DNA of 64,000 bases from an uncultured Acidobacteriota bacterium (GCA_963761805.1 CAVXIV010000018.1:145058-209057); one strand, 5' to 3'. Positions 27,936 to 36,874 are shown, numbered from the stretch's first letter. A program made the numbers and translations. Notes: a model not told the origin generated them from the sequence alone.

Positions 27936-29623
27936 ACGGCGGCTTCGGGAGCGATCGGGAGGTGGAGGGTGAACGCCGCGCCCTGGCCCGCGCCGCCGGC
28001 CTCCACGCTGACCCGGCCGCGGTGGGCCTCGGCGATGCGGCGGACCACGCTCAGGCCCAGGCCGCTGCCGGGGATGCCCCCGGTCTTGACCTCGCGCCCG
28101 CGGTAGAACGGCTCGAACAGGTGCGGCAGGTCCTCGCGGCGGATGCCCGGCCCGCGGTCCTCGACCGTGACCGCGACCTCGTGCCCCGCGGCGCGCGCCC
28201 GCACGCCGATCCACGGCGTCCGGCCGCCGTACTTGACCGCGTTCTCGACCAGGTTGCGCAGGGCGCGCCGCAGGGCCCCGGCGTCCCCCAGCACGGCCGG
28301 CAGCGCGGGATCGACGTCCGTTTCGACGCGGGCCTGCCGCTCGTCGAGCAGCCAGCGGCAGTCCGCGAGCGCGCCGTCCAGGGCCGCGCCGACTTCGGTC
28401 GGCCGCAGGGTATAGGTCGCCTGCCCGGACTGCAGGCCGGCGAGCTCCAGCATCTGCCCGACCATCCGGGAGAGGCGCTGCCCCTCGGTCTCGATCACCT
28501 TGCCGTAGCGCTTCACCTGCGCCGGATCGGCGACCACGCCGTCCGCCAGGTTCTGGCCCGCCGAGCGGATGGCGGTGATCGGCGTGTTGAGCTCGTGGGT
28601 GACGCCCGCCACCAGCTCCATCTGCTGGCGCGCCAGCTTCCGCACCCGCTGGGTGGAGACCATCACCATCCCCATGGCCGCGGCGAGGAGGATCAGGATG
28701 CCGCCGCTGATCGCGAGGTTCTTGTACCGGAAGTGCGCGATCGCGTGTTCGAGCGTGCCGCGCCGGCGCACGAGCACGAGTCTCCAGGCTCCGTCCGCCG
28801 CCTGGCGGTGGATGGCCATGGCACGGCCGAACACGGGAGGCCCATGGCGCCGCGGCATCTCCGCGGGCTGCAGGCTGAACATCGGCAGGCTCGCCTCGCC
28901 GCCGGAGCGGAGGGCCGCGGGAGACACGCCGGGATCCGACTGGAAGATCACGCGCCCGGGAGGGTCCGCAGCCACGACGGTCACCGAGTACTCGCGTTCC
29001 TGGTCGTCGCCGAAGTAGCGCCGGCTCAGGGCGGGCAGGATCTCGCCGGCGATCACGCGCTGGTCGAGCCGGAGGATGAGGATCTCGCCCCGGACATGCC
29101 TGCGGCCCGGTGGCGGATGGTTGGAGAAGCTCGGGATCATCAGGGCCGGGACATCTCCCAGCACGGGGCTGTGGCGGCGGCCCGGGGCGTGCGCGAGGAG
29201 CCGGCGCACGGGCTCCAGATCTCCCGGATCGGGGACCGGCGCGAAGTGACGCGCTCCGGGCCGCAGGACCTCGGCGTCCAGGCCGCCCTGCGGGTTCGGC
29301 CGGACGCGGACGACGTCGCGGACGAGCCGCGGATAGGGCGCTTCGACGCGCCAGCGGTCCATCCGTTCCGCCAGGCTCTCCGGCCCGGTTTCGCCGTCCC
29401 GCCGGTCCGGCAGGAAGTGGGTCCAGGCCCGCGTCATCTCGCGGTCGAAGTCCTCGGCGAAACCGGCGCCCGCGGAGAACAGGGTGAAATGCATGCGGTG
29501 GCGCTGCACCATGCTCACCTCGCCGATCCACTTGTGCTGGAGCGTGCCCAGCACCACCAGCAGCACCGCCAGCATCACGGTGACCAGGAGGAGGGCATGG
29601 CGGGAGAAGAATCGGCGGATCAT
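27932..29623 (-). CDS. sensor histidine kinase (two TM segments, HisKA, HATPase_c)
   Basis: H-box THELNTPITAIRS. N, G1 and G2 boxes: LVENAVKYG, DRGPGI, GSGLGLSVV. The stop overlaps the regulator start (ATGA). Confidence 0.9.
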   Translation of the reverse strand: MIRRFFSRHALLLVTVMLAVLLVVLGTLQHKWIGEVSMVQRHRMHFTLFSAGAGFAEDFDREMTRAWTHFLPDRRDGETGPESLAERMDRWRVEAPYPRLVRDVVRVRPNPQGGLDAEVLRPGARHFAPVPDPGDLEPVRRLLAHAPGRRHSPVLGDVPALMIPSFSNHPPPGRRHVRGEILILRLDQRVIAGEILPALSRRYFGDDQEREYSVTVVAADPPGRVIFQSDPGVSPAALRSGGEASLPMFSLQPAEMPRRHGPPVFGRAMAIHRQAADGAWRLVLVRRRGTLEHAIAHFRYKNLAISGGILILLAAAMGMVMVSTQRVRKLARQQMELVAGVTHELNTPITAIRSAGQNLADGVVADPAQVKRYGKVIETEGQRLSRMVGQMLELAGLQSGQATYTLRPTEVGAALDGALADCRWLLDERQARVETDVDPALPAVLGDAGALRRALRNLVENAVKYGGRTPWIGVRARAAGHEVAVTVEDRGPGIRREDLPHLFEPFYRGREVKTGGIPGSGLGLSVVRRIAEAHRGRVSVEAGGAGQGAAFTLHLPIAPEAAV

Positions 29624-29759
29624 GGCTCGGAGGGCAGTTTAGCAGCCCTCCGGAGGCGGAACGCGGAGGCGGGCGGGGTCTTTACATTCCTTACAATCTT
29701 CTTGCACGGGTATGACAATCCCCCCTCGCCCCGCTCCCGCGGGGAGAGGGGGCGACGCC

Positions 29760-30698
29760 TCACTTGGCCTCGTTCAGATACCGCAGCAACTCGCTGTCCG
29801 TCGACAGCACCAGCACCGTTTCGCCGTCGATGCTCTGGGTGAGCGTTCCCATCGACTTGAGGAAGCGGTAGAAATCGGGGTCGCGGTTGTAGGCGGCGGC
29901 GTAGATGTCGGCCGCCTCGGCGTCGGCTTTGCCGCGGATCTCCTGCGCGGCGCGGTAGGCCTCCGACTCGATCACCTGCAGCTCGCGTTGCCGCTCGCCC
30001 GCGATGCGCGCCGCCTCGCCCGCGCCCTCCGAACGGTAGCGCTCCGCGATCCGCTTCCGTTCCGAGATCATGCGGGCGTAGACCTCCTGCCGCACCTCGT
30101 CCACGTAGTTGATCTGCTTGATGCGGAAATCGAGGATCTCGATGCCGAGGTCGCCGGTGCGGCGGCGGGCGTTCTGGAGCACCTCCTGGGTCAGCTTCTT
30201 ACGGCCATGCTCCACCCGCTCGGCATCCTCCGGCTGGCTCAGCTCGGCGACGTCTTCAGCGACCACGAACGGCCGGTTGGTCGAGCGGACGAGATCGATG
30301 AGCTCGTGCTTGGCGATCGTGTTTCGCGTCTCGCCGTCGAGGATGTCGTCGAGCCGCGACTGCGCGCCGTTCTCGTCGCGGAGGCGCTGGAAGAACAGCA
30401 AAGGATCGGTGATGCGCCAGCGCGCGTAGGAATCGACCCAGATGAAACGCTTGTCCTTGGTCGGGATCTGGTTCGGGTCGCCAGCCCATTCGAGGAAGCG
30501 CTTCTCGAACGCGTGCTCCGTCTGGACGAACGGCACCTTGATCTTCAGGCCCGGCGTCGAGACCGGTTTTCCGACCGGCTTGCCGAACTGCGTGATGACG
30601 ACCTGCTCCGTTTCTTTGACCGTATAGAGCGCGCTCGAGAGGGTGATGAAGGCGGCAATAGCAAGGACGATGAGGGCTACGCGGCGGATGTTCTTCAC
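29760..30698 (-). CDS. hflC: HflC (SPFH/band-7 protease modulator)
   Basis: N-terminal TM, then YTVKETEQVVITQFGKP...PGLKIKVPF. Directly downstream of, and overlapping, hflK. Confidence 0.85.
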   Translation of the reverse strand: MKNIRRVALIVLAIAAFITLSSALYTVKETEQVVITQFGKPVGKPVSTPGLKIKVPFVQTEHAFEKRFLEWAGDPNQIPTKDKRFIWVDSYARWRITDPLLFFQRLRDENGAQSRLDDILDGETRNTIAKHELIDLVRSTNRPFVVAEDVAELSQPEDAERVEHGRKKLTQEVLQNARRRTGDLGIEILDFRIKQINYVDEVRQEVYARMISERKRIAERYRSEGAGEAARIAGERQRELQVIESEAYRAAQEIRGKADAEAADIYAAAYNRDPDFYRFLKSMGTLTQSIDGETVLVLSTDSELLRYLNEAK

Positions 30699-31690
30699 GG
30701 CTTCACCTCCGGCTGGTTCTGAAGCGGCAGCAGGGGAAGGACGCCCTTCAGGCTGTCGTCGAGCACGATTTTCCTCTTCACCTTGGGATAGATCTCGCCC
30801 ATCGTCTCCAGATACATGCGGCGCCGCGTCACCTCCGGCGCCCGGCTGTACGCGGCGTGGACCTGGATGAACAGCTCGGCGTCGCCGCGGGCGCGGTTGA
30901 CGCGGTCCGTGGCGAAACCCTGCGCCTGCTCCAAGGTCTGCTCCGCCTGCCCCCTGGCGCGCGGAATGATCTGGTTATAGTCGGCGCGCGCCTGATTGAT
31001 CAGTTTTTCGCGCTCCTGCTGCGCCTGGTTGACCTCGTTGAACGACGGCTTGACGGGGTCCGGCGGGTTCACGTCCTGCAAGACGATCTGCTCGACCTTG
31101 ATCCCGTTCTCGTATTGATCGCAGAGCGCCTGCAGCCGCTGCTCCACCTCCGCCGCGATCTCCTGACGGCCGACCGTCAGCACCTCGTTGACGCTGCGGT
31201 CGCCGATCACCTCGCGCATGATGGTTTCGTTCATGTCGCGGAACGTCTTGCCGACATTGCGCACCTTGAAGAGGTACTTGTAGGGATCGCGGACGCGGTA
31301 CTGCGCCGTCCATTCGACCACGGCCACGTTGAGGTCGCCGGTCAGCATCAACGACTCCTCGGAGAGGTCCTCGGAGGAGTAGGTCGTGCGGCCGCTGCCT
31401 ACCTCCTCGGTGCGGAAGCCGAACTCCTCCTTCAACTGCCGCTCGACCGGCACCTTCACGACGGTCTCGACCGGCCAGGGGAGCTTCGTGTGCAGGCCCG
31501 AGGGGACCTGCCGCACGAAACGGCCGAAGCGCAGCACGAGGCCCGCCTCTTCGGGATCGACGGTGAACCCGATCGTGAACAGGAAGGACGCGGCCAGGAC
31601 GAGAAGGAGAATTCGCGGAATGAATCGTCCCGGAAGGCGCGGTGAGCGGAATCTACGGATGTTGTCGGCGTTGGGTATCTTGAAATCCAT
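30695..31690 (-). CDS. hflK: HflK (SPFH/band-7 protease modulator)
   Basis: TM, then VDPEEAGLVLRFGRFVRQVPSGLHTKLPWP... and a C-terminal coiled coil with QAEQTLEQAQGFA. Confidence 0.85.
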   Translation of the reverse strand: MDFKIPNADNIRRFRSPRLPGRFIPRILLLVLAASFLFTIGFTVDPEEAGLVLRFGRFVRQVPSGLHTKLPWPVETVVKVPVERQLKEEFGFRTEEVGSGRTTYSSEDLSEESLMLTGDLNVAVVEWTAQYRVRDPYKYLFKVRNVGKTFRDMNETIMREVIGDRSVNEVLTVGRQEIAAEVEQRLQALCDQYENGIKVEQIVLQDVNPPDPVKPSFNEVNQAQQEREKLINQARADYNQIIPRARGQAEQTLEQAQGFATDRVNRARGDAELFIQVHAAYSRAPEVTRRRMYLETMGEIYPKVKRKIVLDDSLKGVLPLLPLQNQPEVKP

Positions 31691-31792
31691 GGGAAAACCT
31701 CTTTTCTAGGGGCCAGGGCCGCTGACCGGATACTAGCAGGCTGTCTACTCGTACGACGTCCCCGAAGCTCATTCCGGGATTCTGAAGGGCCG

Positions 31793-31906
31793 CGCCCCCG
31801 CCCGGGCATAAATGCCCGGGCTAGTCAAAAGAGCCCCCTGAAGGGGACTCCAGCAGTCGGGTTCACCCGGCTGTTTCGCATAGCCCGGGCATTTATGCCC
31901 GGGCGG
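31793..31906. repeat. MITE-like element copy 1 (about 113 bp) with hairpin termini CCCGGGCATAAATGCCCGGG ... CCCGGGCATTTATGCCCGGG
   Basis: Near-identical to 34210-34325 when read side by side. The terminal 20-mers are inverted repeats of each other and each is itself palindromic. Confidence 0.7.
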
Positions 31907-31965
31907 TCGTCCGGCGGCGAGGAGGGCCCGCACGGGTATGACATGATCGCGAGGGAGACTGGACC

Positions 31966-33003
31966 ATGGCATCGGAAAACAGGCTGCCCCCGGGTCAGGC
32001 CGAAACCCGGAAATTTCCTCTGGTCGGCGAGACGTCCCCCGCCCCGGAGGCCCTGGATCTCGCGCGCTGGAGCCTGAGCCTGGAGGGGCTCGTCGCCCCC
32101 CCGCGTTCGCTGACCCATGCCGAGCTTCTCGCCCTTCCTCAGCGGGAGCGCGTGGTGGACATCCACTGCGTCACCGGGTGGACCCGGTTCGGGATGCGCT
32201 TCACCGGCCTGCCGCTCGCGTCTCTCCTCGCCGAGGTGGGAGCGAGCCCGTTGCCGGAGGCCCGCTTCGTCCGCTTCGTGGCCCGTTCGAAGAGGAGTCA
32301 CGACACCTCGCTGCCTCTGGATCTCGCCCTGGCCGACACCTGGCTGGTGCACAGCGCCGACGGCCAGCCCCTCTCGCCCGAGCATGGTTATCCGCTGCGC
32401 ACCCTGACCCCCTCGCGCTACTTCTACAAGAGTCTGAAATGGGTGCACAGGATTGAATTCCTGGCCGAGGACCGGCTCGGTTATTGGGAGCGCGAATCCT
32501 TCTACCACAACAACGCGGACCCCTGGCCGGGAAACGAACGCTACGTCAGCGGCTCCGTCTCGCCCGAAAAGCTGGAGACTTTCCGGAACGCCACCAGCTA
32601 CGTGCCCTACCGCGGACCCAGGAAGCTCCTCCTGACCGCCGATCTGCGAGGCTGGGCGCCCGGCGTCACGGACCTGGGGGACCTCCACATCAAGGATTCC
32701 GACCTGCGCGGCGCCCGGCTCGACGGCGCCGACCTCCGGGGAGCCAACCTGACGCGCTCGCGCTTCGACGGCGCCAGCCTGGTAGGGGCGGATCTCCGGG
32801 GAGCGGACCTCGAAGGCGCGTCTTTCGTCGGCGCCGATCTCACCGGCGCCGATCTGCGCGAGACCGCGCTCAGCGCGACGCGATTTTTCGAGCGTGATCC
32901 GGAGGGACGGATCCGGGGAGCGAAGATCGGCGGACTCCGTTGGGAGGGAGCGGCGGGGTTGTTGGAGGACCAGGAGGATTACTTGCTAGGAAAGATCGCA
33001 TGA
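31966..33003 (+). CDS. sulfite-oxidase-family molybdopterin-binding oxidoreductase domain fused to C-terminal pentapeptide repeats
   Basis: VDIHCVTGWTRFGMRFTG...GYPLRTLTPSRYFYKSLKWVHRIEF (Mo-co domain), then DLRGARLDGADLRGANLTRSRFDGASLVGADLRGADLEGASFVGADLTGADL. Confidence 0.75.
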   Translation: MASENRLPPGQAETRKFPLVGETSPAPEALDLARWSLSLEGLVAPPRSLTHAELLALPQRERVVDIHCVTGWTRFGMRFTGLPLASLLAEVGASPLPEARFVRFVARSKRSHDTSLPLDLALADTWLVHSADGQPLSPEHGYPLRTLTPSRYFYKSLKWVHRIEFLAEDRLGYWERESFYHNNADPWPGNERYVSGSVSPEKLETFRNATSYVPYRGPRKLLLTADLRGWAPGVTDLGDLHIKDSDLRGARLDGADLRGANLTRSRFDGASLVGADLRGADLEGASFVGADLTGADLRETALSATRFFERDPEGRIRGAKIGGLRWEGAAGLLEDQEDYLLGKIA

Positions 33004-33566
33004 TGCAGCCCCCTGAAGAGATCGCCGCCGCCACCCGCGCCTGGCTGGAGAAGGCCGTCATCGGCCTCGACCTGTGCCCGTTCGCCAAGGCGGTCTACCT
33101 GCGGGACCAGATCCGCTACGCGATCAGCGAGGCGGAGACCCCGGAGGACCTCCTGGAGCATCTGATCGGCGAGTTGCGGACGATCGCGGCGGCGAGCCCG
33201 GAGGAGATCGACACCACGCTGCTGATCCACCCGCAAGTGCTCACCGACTTCCTCGACTACAACGATTTCCTGGACGTGGCCGAGGACGCCGTGGTCCGGC
33301 TGGGACTGGAAGGGGAGATCCAGGTCGCCAGCTTCCATCCGGACTACCGGTTCGAGGGCGCCGGGCCGGACGACATCGAGAACTACACCAACCGCTCGCC
33401 ATATCCGATCCTCCACCTGCTGCGCGAGGCGAGCGTCGAGCGCGCGGTGGCGGCCTTTCCGGATACCGACGCGATCTTCGAAAAGAACATCGAGACGATG
33501 CGCCGCCTGGGCCACGACGGCTGGCGGCGTCTGGGACTGCCCGCCCCCAAGACCCGCCGGCGATGA
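33000..33566 (+). CDS. conserved hypothetical protein (DUF1415-like, from memory)
   Basis: The ATG overlaps the upstream stop (ATGA). WLEKAVIGLDLCPFAK...ASFHPDYRFEG...NYTNRSPYPILHLL. Confidence 0.55.
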   Translation: MMQPPEEIAAATRAWLEKAVIGLDLCPFAKAVYLRDQIRYAISEAETPEDLLEHLIGELRTIAAASPEEIDTTLLIHPQVLTDFLDYNDFLDVAEDAVVRLGLEGEIQVASFHPDYRFEGAGPDDIENYTNRSPYPILHLLREASVERAVAAFPDTDAIFEKNIETMRRLGHDGWRRLGLPAPKTRRR

Positions 33567-34198
33567 CGATGGTCCGGGGACGAACGGTCCGGGGGCGCTT
33601 CAACGCCTGGCTGCTGGATCTCGCGGACGAGGCCATGGACCGGCGGTACGGCGCGCGCAAGCGCCTCCTGTTCCGGGACCTGCCGGCGGAGATCGTGGAG
33701 ATCGGTCCCGGCGCCGGGGCCAACCTGCGCTACTACCCGCCAGGGACGCGGGTGATCGCCGTCGAGCCCAACCTCGCCGCCCACGGCCGTCTGCGGGACC
33801 GCGCGGCCCGGCGCGGCGTGGACCTGGAGATCCACGGCCTCCGGGGCGAGGCGATCGGCCTGGCGGACGCCAGCCGCGACGCCGTGGTCGGCACCCTGGT
33901 CCTCTGCTCGGTGGAGGACCCGCGGCGGGTGCTCGCGGAGATCCACCGGATCCTGAAGCCGGGCGGCCGGTTCCTCTTCTGCGAGCACGTGGCCGCGCCC
34001 CCGGGAACGGCGGCGCGCCGCGCGCAGGACGCGCTGCACCGTCCCTGGCGCTGGCTCTTCGACGGCTGCCACCTGAACCGGAGCACCCCCGCTCTCCTGC
34101 GCGAGGCCGGCTTCGCGTCCGTCGAGATGGACTGCTTCCGCCTCCGCCCGCCCTTTCTGCCGGTCGCGCCGCACGTCTTCGGCGTCGCGGTGAAGTAG
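33563..34198 (+). CDS. class I SAM-dependent methyltransferase
   Basis: Motif I VEIGPGAGANL. LKPGGRFLFCEH. The ATG overlaps the upstream stop. Confidence 0.8.
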   Translation: MTMVRGRTVRGRFNAWLLDLADEAMDRRYGARKRLLFRDLPAEIVEIGPGAGANLRYYPPGTRVIAVEPNLAAHGRLRDRAARRGVDLEIHGLRGEAIGLADASRDAVVGTLVLCSVEDPRRVLAEIHRILKPGGRFLFCEHVAAPPGTAARRAQDALHRPWRWLFDGCHLNRSTPALLREAGFASVEMDCFRLRPPFLPVAPHVFGVAVK

Positions 34199-34209
34199 CC
34201 CGGCCCTCA

Positions 34210-34325
34210 CCCGCCCGGGCATAAATGCCCGGGCTAGTCGAAAGAGCCCCCTGAAGGGGACTCCAGCAGTCGGGTTTACCCGGCTGTTTTCGTGGTAGCC
34301 CGGGCATTTATGCCCGGGCGGGGGG
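34210..34325. repeat. MITE-like element copy 2, same orientation as copy 1
   Basis: CCGCCCGGGCATAAATGCCCGGGCTAGTCGAAAGAGCCCCCTGAAGGGGACTCCAGCAGTCGGGTTTACCCGGCTGTTTT...TAGCCCGGGCATTTATGCCCGGGCGG. Confidence 0.7.
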
Positions 34326-34458
34326 CGCGGTGCCCCTCCCCCCCGACCGCCGGGAGAGGAGGGGAGACAGGAACCAGCTTTCTCTAAACAGCCTTGTCAG
34401 GCCCGGACGAAGGGAGTACATTCATCGCCTTGTGCATCTTTCTTTAAAGGAGGAAGCG

Positions 34459-35127
34459 ATGGAGATCGCCTGTCGTCGGAGAATCGTAGCGTTGGGCGTC
34501 CTGGTTCTCTTGGGTGTGCTCGCCGCCGCCGGTCCGGGAGCGGCGGCCGAGGCGGCGGCCGGGTTCGGGGATGGGGGGCCGGGGTACTGCGTCGGGAACA
34601 GCTTCTGCGACGACATGGCCTGCTACGCGCCGGAGGCCCCGATCTCGCAGGTGGCCTGCCGGTGCAAGCTGATCGATCCTTTGTGCGGCATCGGCGAGTG
34701 CGTGAACGGCAGCGCCTACTGTGAAGGTCCGTTCTGCCCGGCCCCGGTGTGCTACGACTCGACCTCGGTCATCTCCCAGGTGCTCTGCCAGGGCGCCGAG
34801 CTCGACGACAACTGCCAGATCGAAAAGAAGGGCTGCGGCCCGGGCTATTGCGTCGGGGACAGCTTCTGCGACGACTGCGCGTGCTATGCCCCGTGGGCTC
34901 CGATCTCGCAGGTGGCCTGCCGTTGCCATCTGATGGACCCCGCCTGCGGCATCGGCGAGTGCGTGGGCAACGGCGCCTACTGCGAAGGTCCGTTCTGCCC
35001 GGCGCCGGTCTGCTACACCCAGACCCATCCGATCTCGCAGGTGCTCTGCCAAGGCGGCACCCTGGGAGCCGACTGCAAGCTGAACAGCGGTCCTGTCGTC
35101 ATCGGCGACGATCCGGTGGAGAAGTAA
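34459..35127 (+). CDS. secreted protein made of two tandem cysteine-rich domains of about 86 aa (12-13 Cys each)
   Basis: AAAGGAGGA lies before ATG 34459. Signal peptide MEIACRRRIVALGVLVLLGVLAAAGPGAAA. The repeat GPGYCVG(N/D)SFCDD.ACYAP.APISQVACRC.L.DP.CGIGECV...AYCEGPFCPAPVCY....ISQVLCQG occurs twice. Confidence 0.65.
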   Translation: MEIACRRRIVALGVLVLLGVLAAAGPGAAAEAAAGFGDGGPGYCVGNSFCDDMACYAPEAPISQVACRCKLIDPLCGIGECVNGSAYCEGPFCPAPVCYDSTSVISQVLCQGAELDDNCQIEKKGCGPGYCVGDSFCDDCACYAPWAPISQVACRCHLMDPACGIGECVGNGAYCEGPFCPAPVCYTQTHPISQVLCQGGTLGADCKLNSGPVVIGDDPVEK

Positions 35128-35167
35128 GGTGGAGTGAGGGCCTGCGGCCGGGCCCTCACTACCCCGG

Positions 35168-35200
35168 CCCTCCTCTCCCAGCCTCACCGGGAGAGGAGGG
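35168..35200. terminator. perfect 12-bp GC-rich hairpin between convergent genes (possible bidirectional terminator; no U tract)
   Basis: CCCTCCTCTCCC-agcctcacc-GGGAGAGGAGGG, read directly. Confidence 0.35.
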
Positions 35201-35228
35201 GAGGACCGCCGCCGTAAATCGATCAGGG

Positions 35229-35645
35229 CTAGTCGAGACCCCAACTGACCGTGCAGTTAATGAAACCGGTCCCCGAAATCTTCTGGAGAGCGACCCTGAT
35301 GCTGCTTCCGAATCGGATGTTCATGGGAACCATATCCGAATAGTAGACGGTGCCATCCGGGCTGGTGTGATAGAGCGCCTGCGCAAAATCGAGGGTCTGC
35401 GCCGCGCCGCCGTCCACGTAGAAATGTAAACGTGTACTGAGGATGACAGCATCCTGCGAACACTGGAATCCTTTAATGTTCCCGGAGCCGCTGGTGAGAG
35501 GAATCACGTCGACGGTGGTGTTCGAGCTGACATTATTGGAGCTGAGACGAGGCTTCGTCTGTCCCTCATCCACGGCCCAGGCGCCGGAAGCGATGGACAG
35601 AGCCAGAACAATAGCGGACAGGATGCTGAGTCGAACGGTTTTCAT
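35229..35645 (-). CDS. hypothetical secreted protein, 138 aa
   Basis: ATG at 35645 after GGAGA. Signal peptide MKTVRLSILSAIVLALSIASGAWA. No family recognised. Confidence 0.5.
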   Translation of the reverse strand: MKTVRLSILSAIVLALSIASGAWAVDEGQTKPRLSSNNVSSNTTVDVIPLTSGSGNIKGFQCSQDAVILSTRLHFYVDGGAAQTLDFAQALYHTSPDGTVYYSDMVPMNIRFGSSIRVALQKISGTGFINCTVSWGLD

Positions 35646-35924
35646 GGAGTCTCCTTCTGGGAAGCGGCTTCCCAAAGATGGTCCCCGGACCGCCTCGGCC
35701 TGAGGCTATGCCTCACGATGGCCGCGGGCCGAGAAGTCGATGACCAAAACCTTCCTGAAAAACTTACCTTAATTCATCATTCTCCCTCTTGCTGTTGTAG
35801 TGCCGCCCGCCTCTGGAAGCGGGACGGGGCTTCCTGGAACACTCCCGGCCTCTCTCGTCCTCCCTCGCCGGGAGAGGAGGGGAGACCTTTCCGCCGCGCC
35901 GTTAATCTGCCGCGAGCCGTCGCC

Positions 35925-36505
35925 TGGAGATTCTGGCCTGGAGAAGTTGGCGACGAGCCGGAGTCCCGGGACTTGGGTCTGGAGAAGTTGACGCCGGCTC
36001 AGAGTCTGGAGACTCTGGCTTGGAGATGTTGACTCTGCGCCGGAGTCAGGAGACTTTGCGCCGGAGATCTCGACTTCGCCTCAGAGATCTCGACTTTGCG
36101 CCGGAGACGTTGACTCTGCATCAGAGTCCCGGGACTTTGCGCCGGAGAGGTTGACGCTGGCGCAGAGTCTGGAGACTCTGGCCTGGAGATCTTGACGTTA
36201 CGCCAGAGTCAGGAGACTCTGGCCTGGAGATCTCGACTTCGCCTCAGAGATCTCGACCTTGCGCCGGAGACGTTGACTTCGCCTCAGAGTCCCGAGACTT
36301 TGCATCGGAGATGTTGGCGCTGGCGCAGAGTCAGGAGACTTTGCCTCAGAGATCTTGGCTTCGCCTCAGAGATCTCGACTTTGCGCCGGAGATGTTGACT
36401 TTGCATCAGAGTCCCGAGACTCTGCATCGAAGGCGTTGACGCTGGCGCAGAGTACGGGGACTCTGGCTTGGAGGAGTTGACGACGGGTCGGAGTCCCGGG
36501 CAACG
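35925..36505. repeat. tandem array A: about 28 degenerate units of 20-21 bp, each with a short palindromic core (GAGTC-N4-GACTC, GAGATCTC) or GGAGNNGTTGAC
   Basis: Units parsed by hand, e.g. cgccggagatctcgacttcg / cctcagagatctcgactttg / cgccggagacgttgactctg / catcagagtcccgggactttg. Stops in all frames (only short ORFs in the track). Confidence 0.8.
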
Positions 36506-36595
36506 GCTCTGACTGGACCGCCGCCCGCTCCTCCGGCAAGCCGCGGCGAAGCACCTGGCCCCTATCCCGTCGCCTTTATCCCGCCGCCCTGGGGG

Positions 36596-36751
36596 CTAGC
36601 ACGTCTCCAGGCCGGACCTGCCGCACTCCTGCACACAGGTGATGTTGCCGCAATTGCTGCCGCTGCCACCGATGACCATGAAACCCTGGCTGTCGTTCAG
36701 CTTCAGCAGGGTCTCCTTCGCGAGGGTGATCTTCTTGACCTGCTTCTTCAT
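36596..36751 (-). CDS. candidate RiPP/bacteriocin precursor, 51 aa, double-glycine leader (MKKQVKKITLAKETLLKLNDSQGFMVIGG / SGSNCGNITCVQECGRSGLETC)
   Basis: Below the track size cut-off; translated by hand from the minus strand. GGAG lies 5 nt upstream of the ATG. The leader resembles K-rich ...L.KETL..L....GG leaders. The core has 4 Cys and 5 Ser/Thr. Confidence 0.6.
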   Translation of the reverse strand: MKKQVKKITLAKETLLKLNDSQGFMVIGGSGSNCGNITCVQECGRSGLETC

Positions 36752-36874
36752 GGCGGCTCCCTGGATAAGGGCAGGGTCGCCATTGACCCCACCCTTTCAT
36801 CCAGGGAATCGTAACGCGAAAACCTCCGGCGCCTACTGGGGCGGCCATTGATGCCCCGGCTGGCATCTCACCCA

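Noticed and set aside
27219-29531. 770-aa track ORF as one protein
   Set aside because: Only the last 238 codons are the OmpR-type regulator. The rest is a shadow of the histidine kinase frame (27932-29623).
1-36751. Assigning the GG-leader peptide at 36.6 kb as the substrate of the LanC-like enzyme at nt 1-948
   Set aside because: They are 35 kb apart with many unrelated operons in between. It is mentioned only as a testable possibility.
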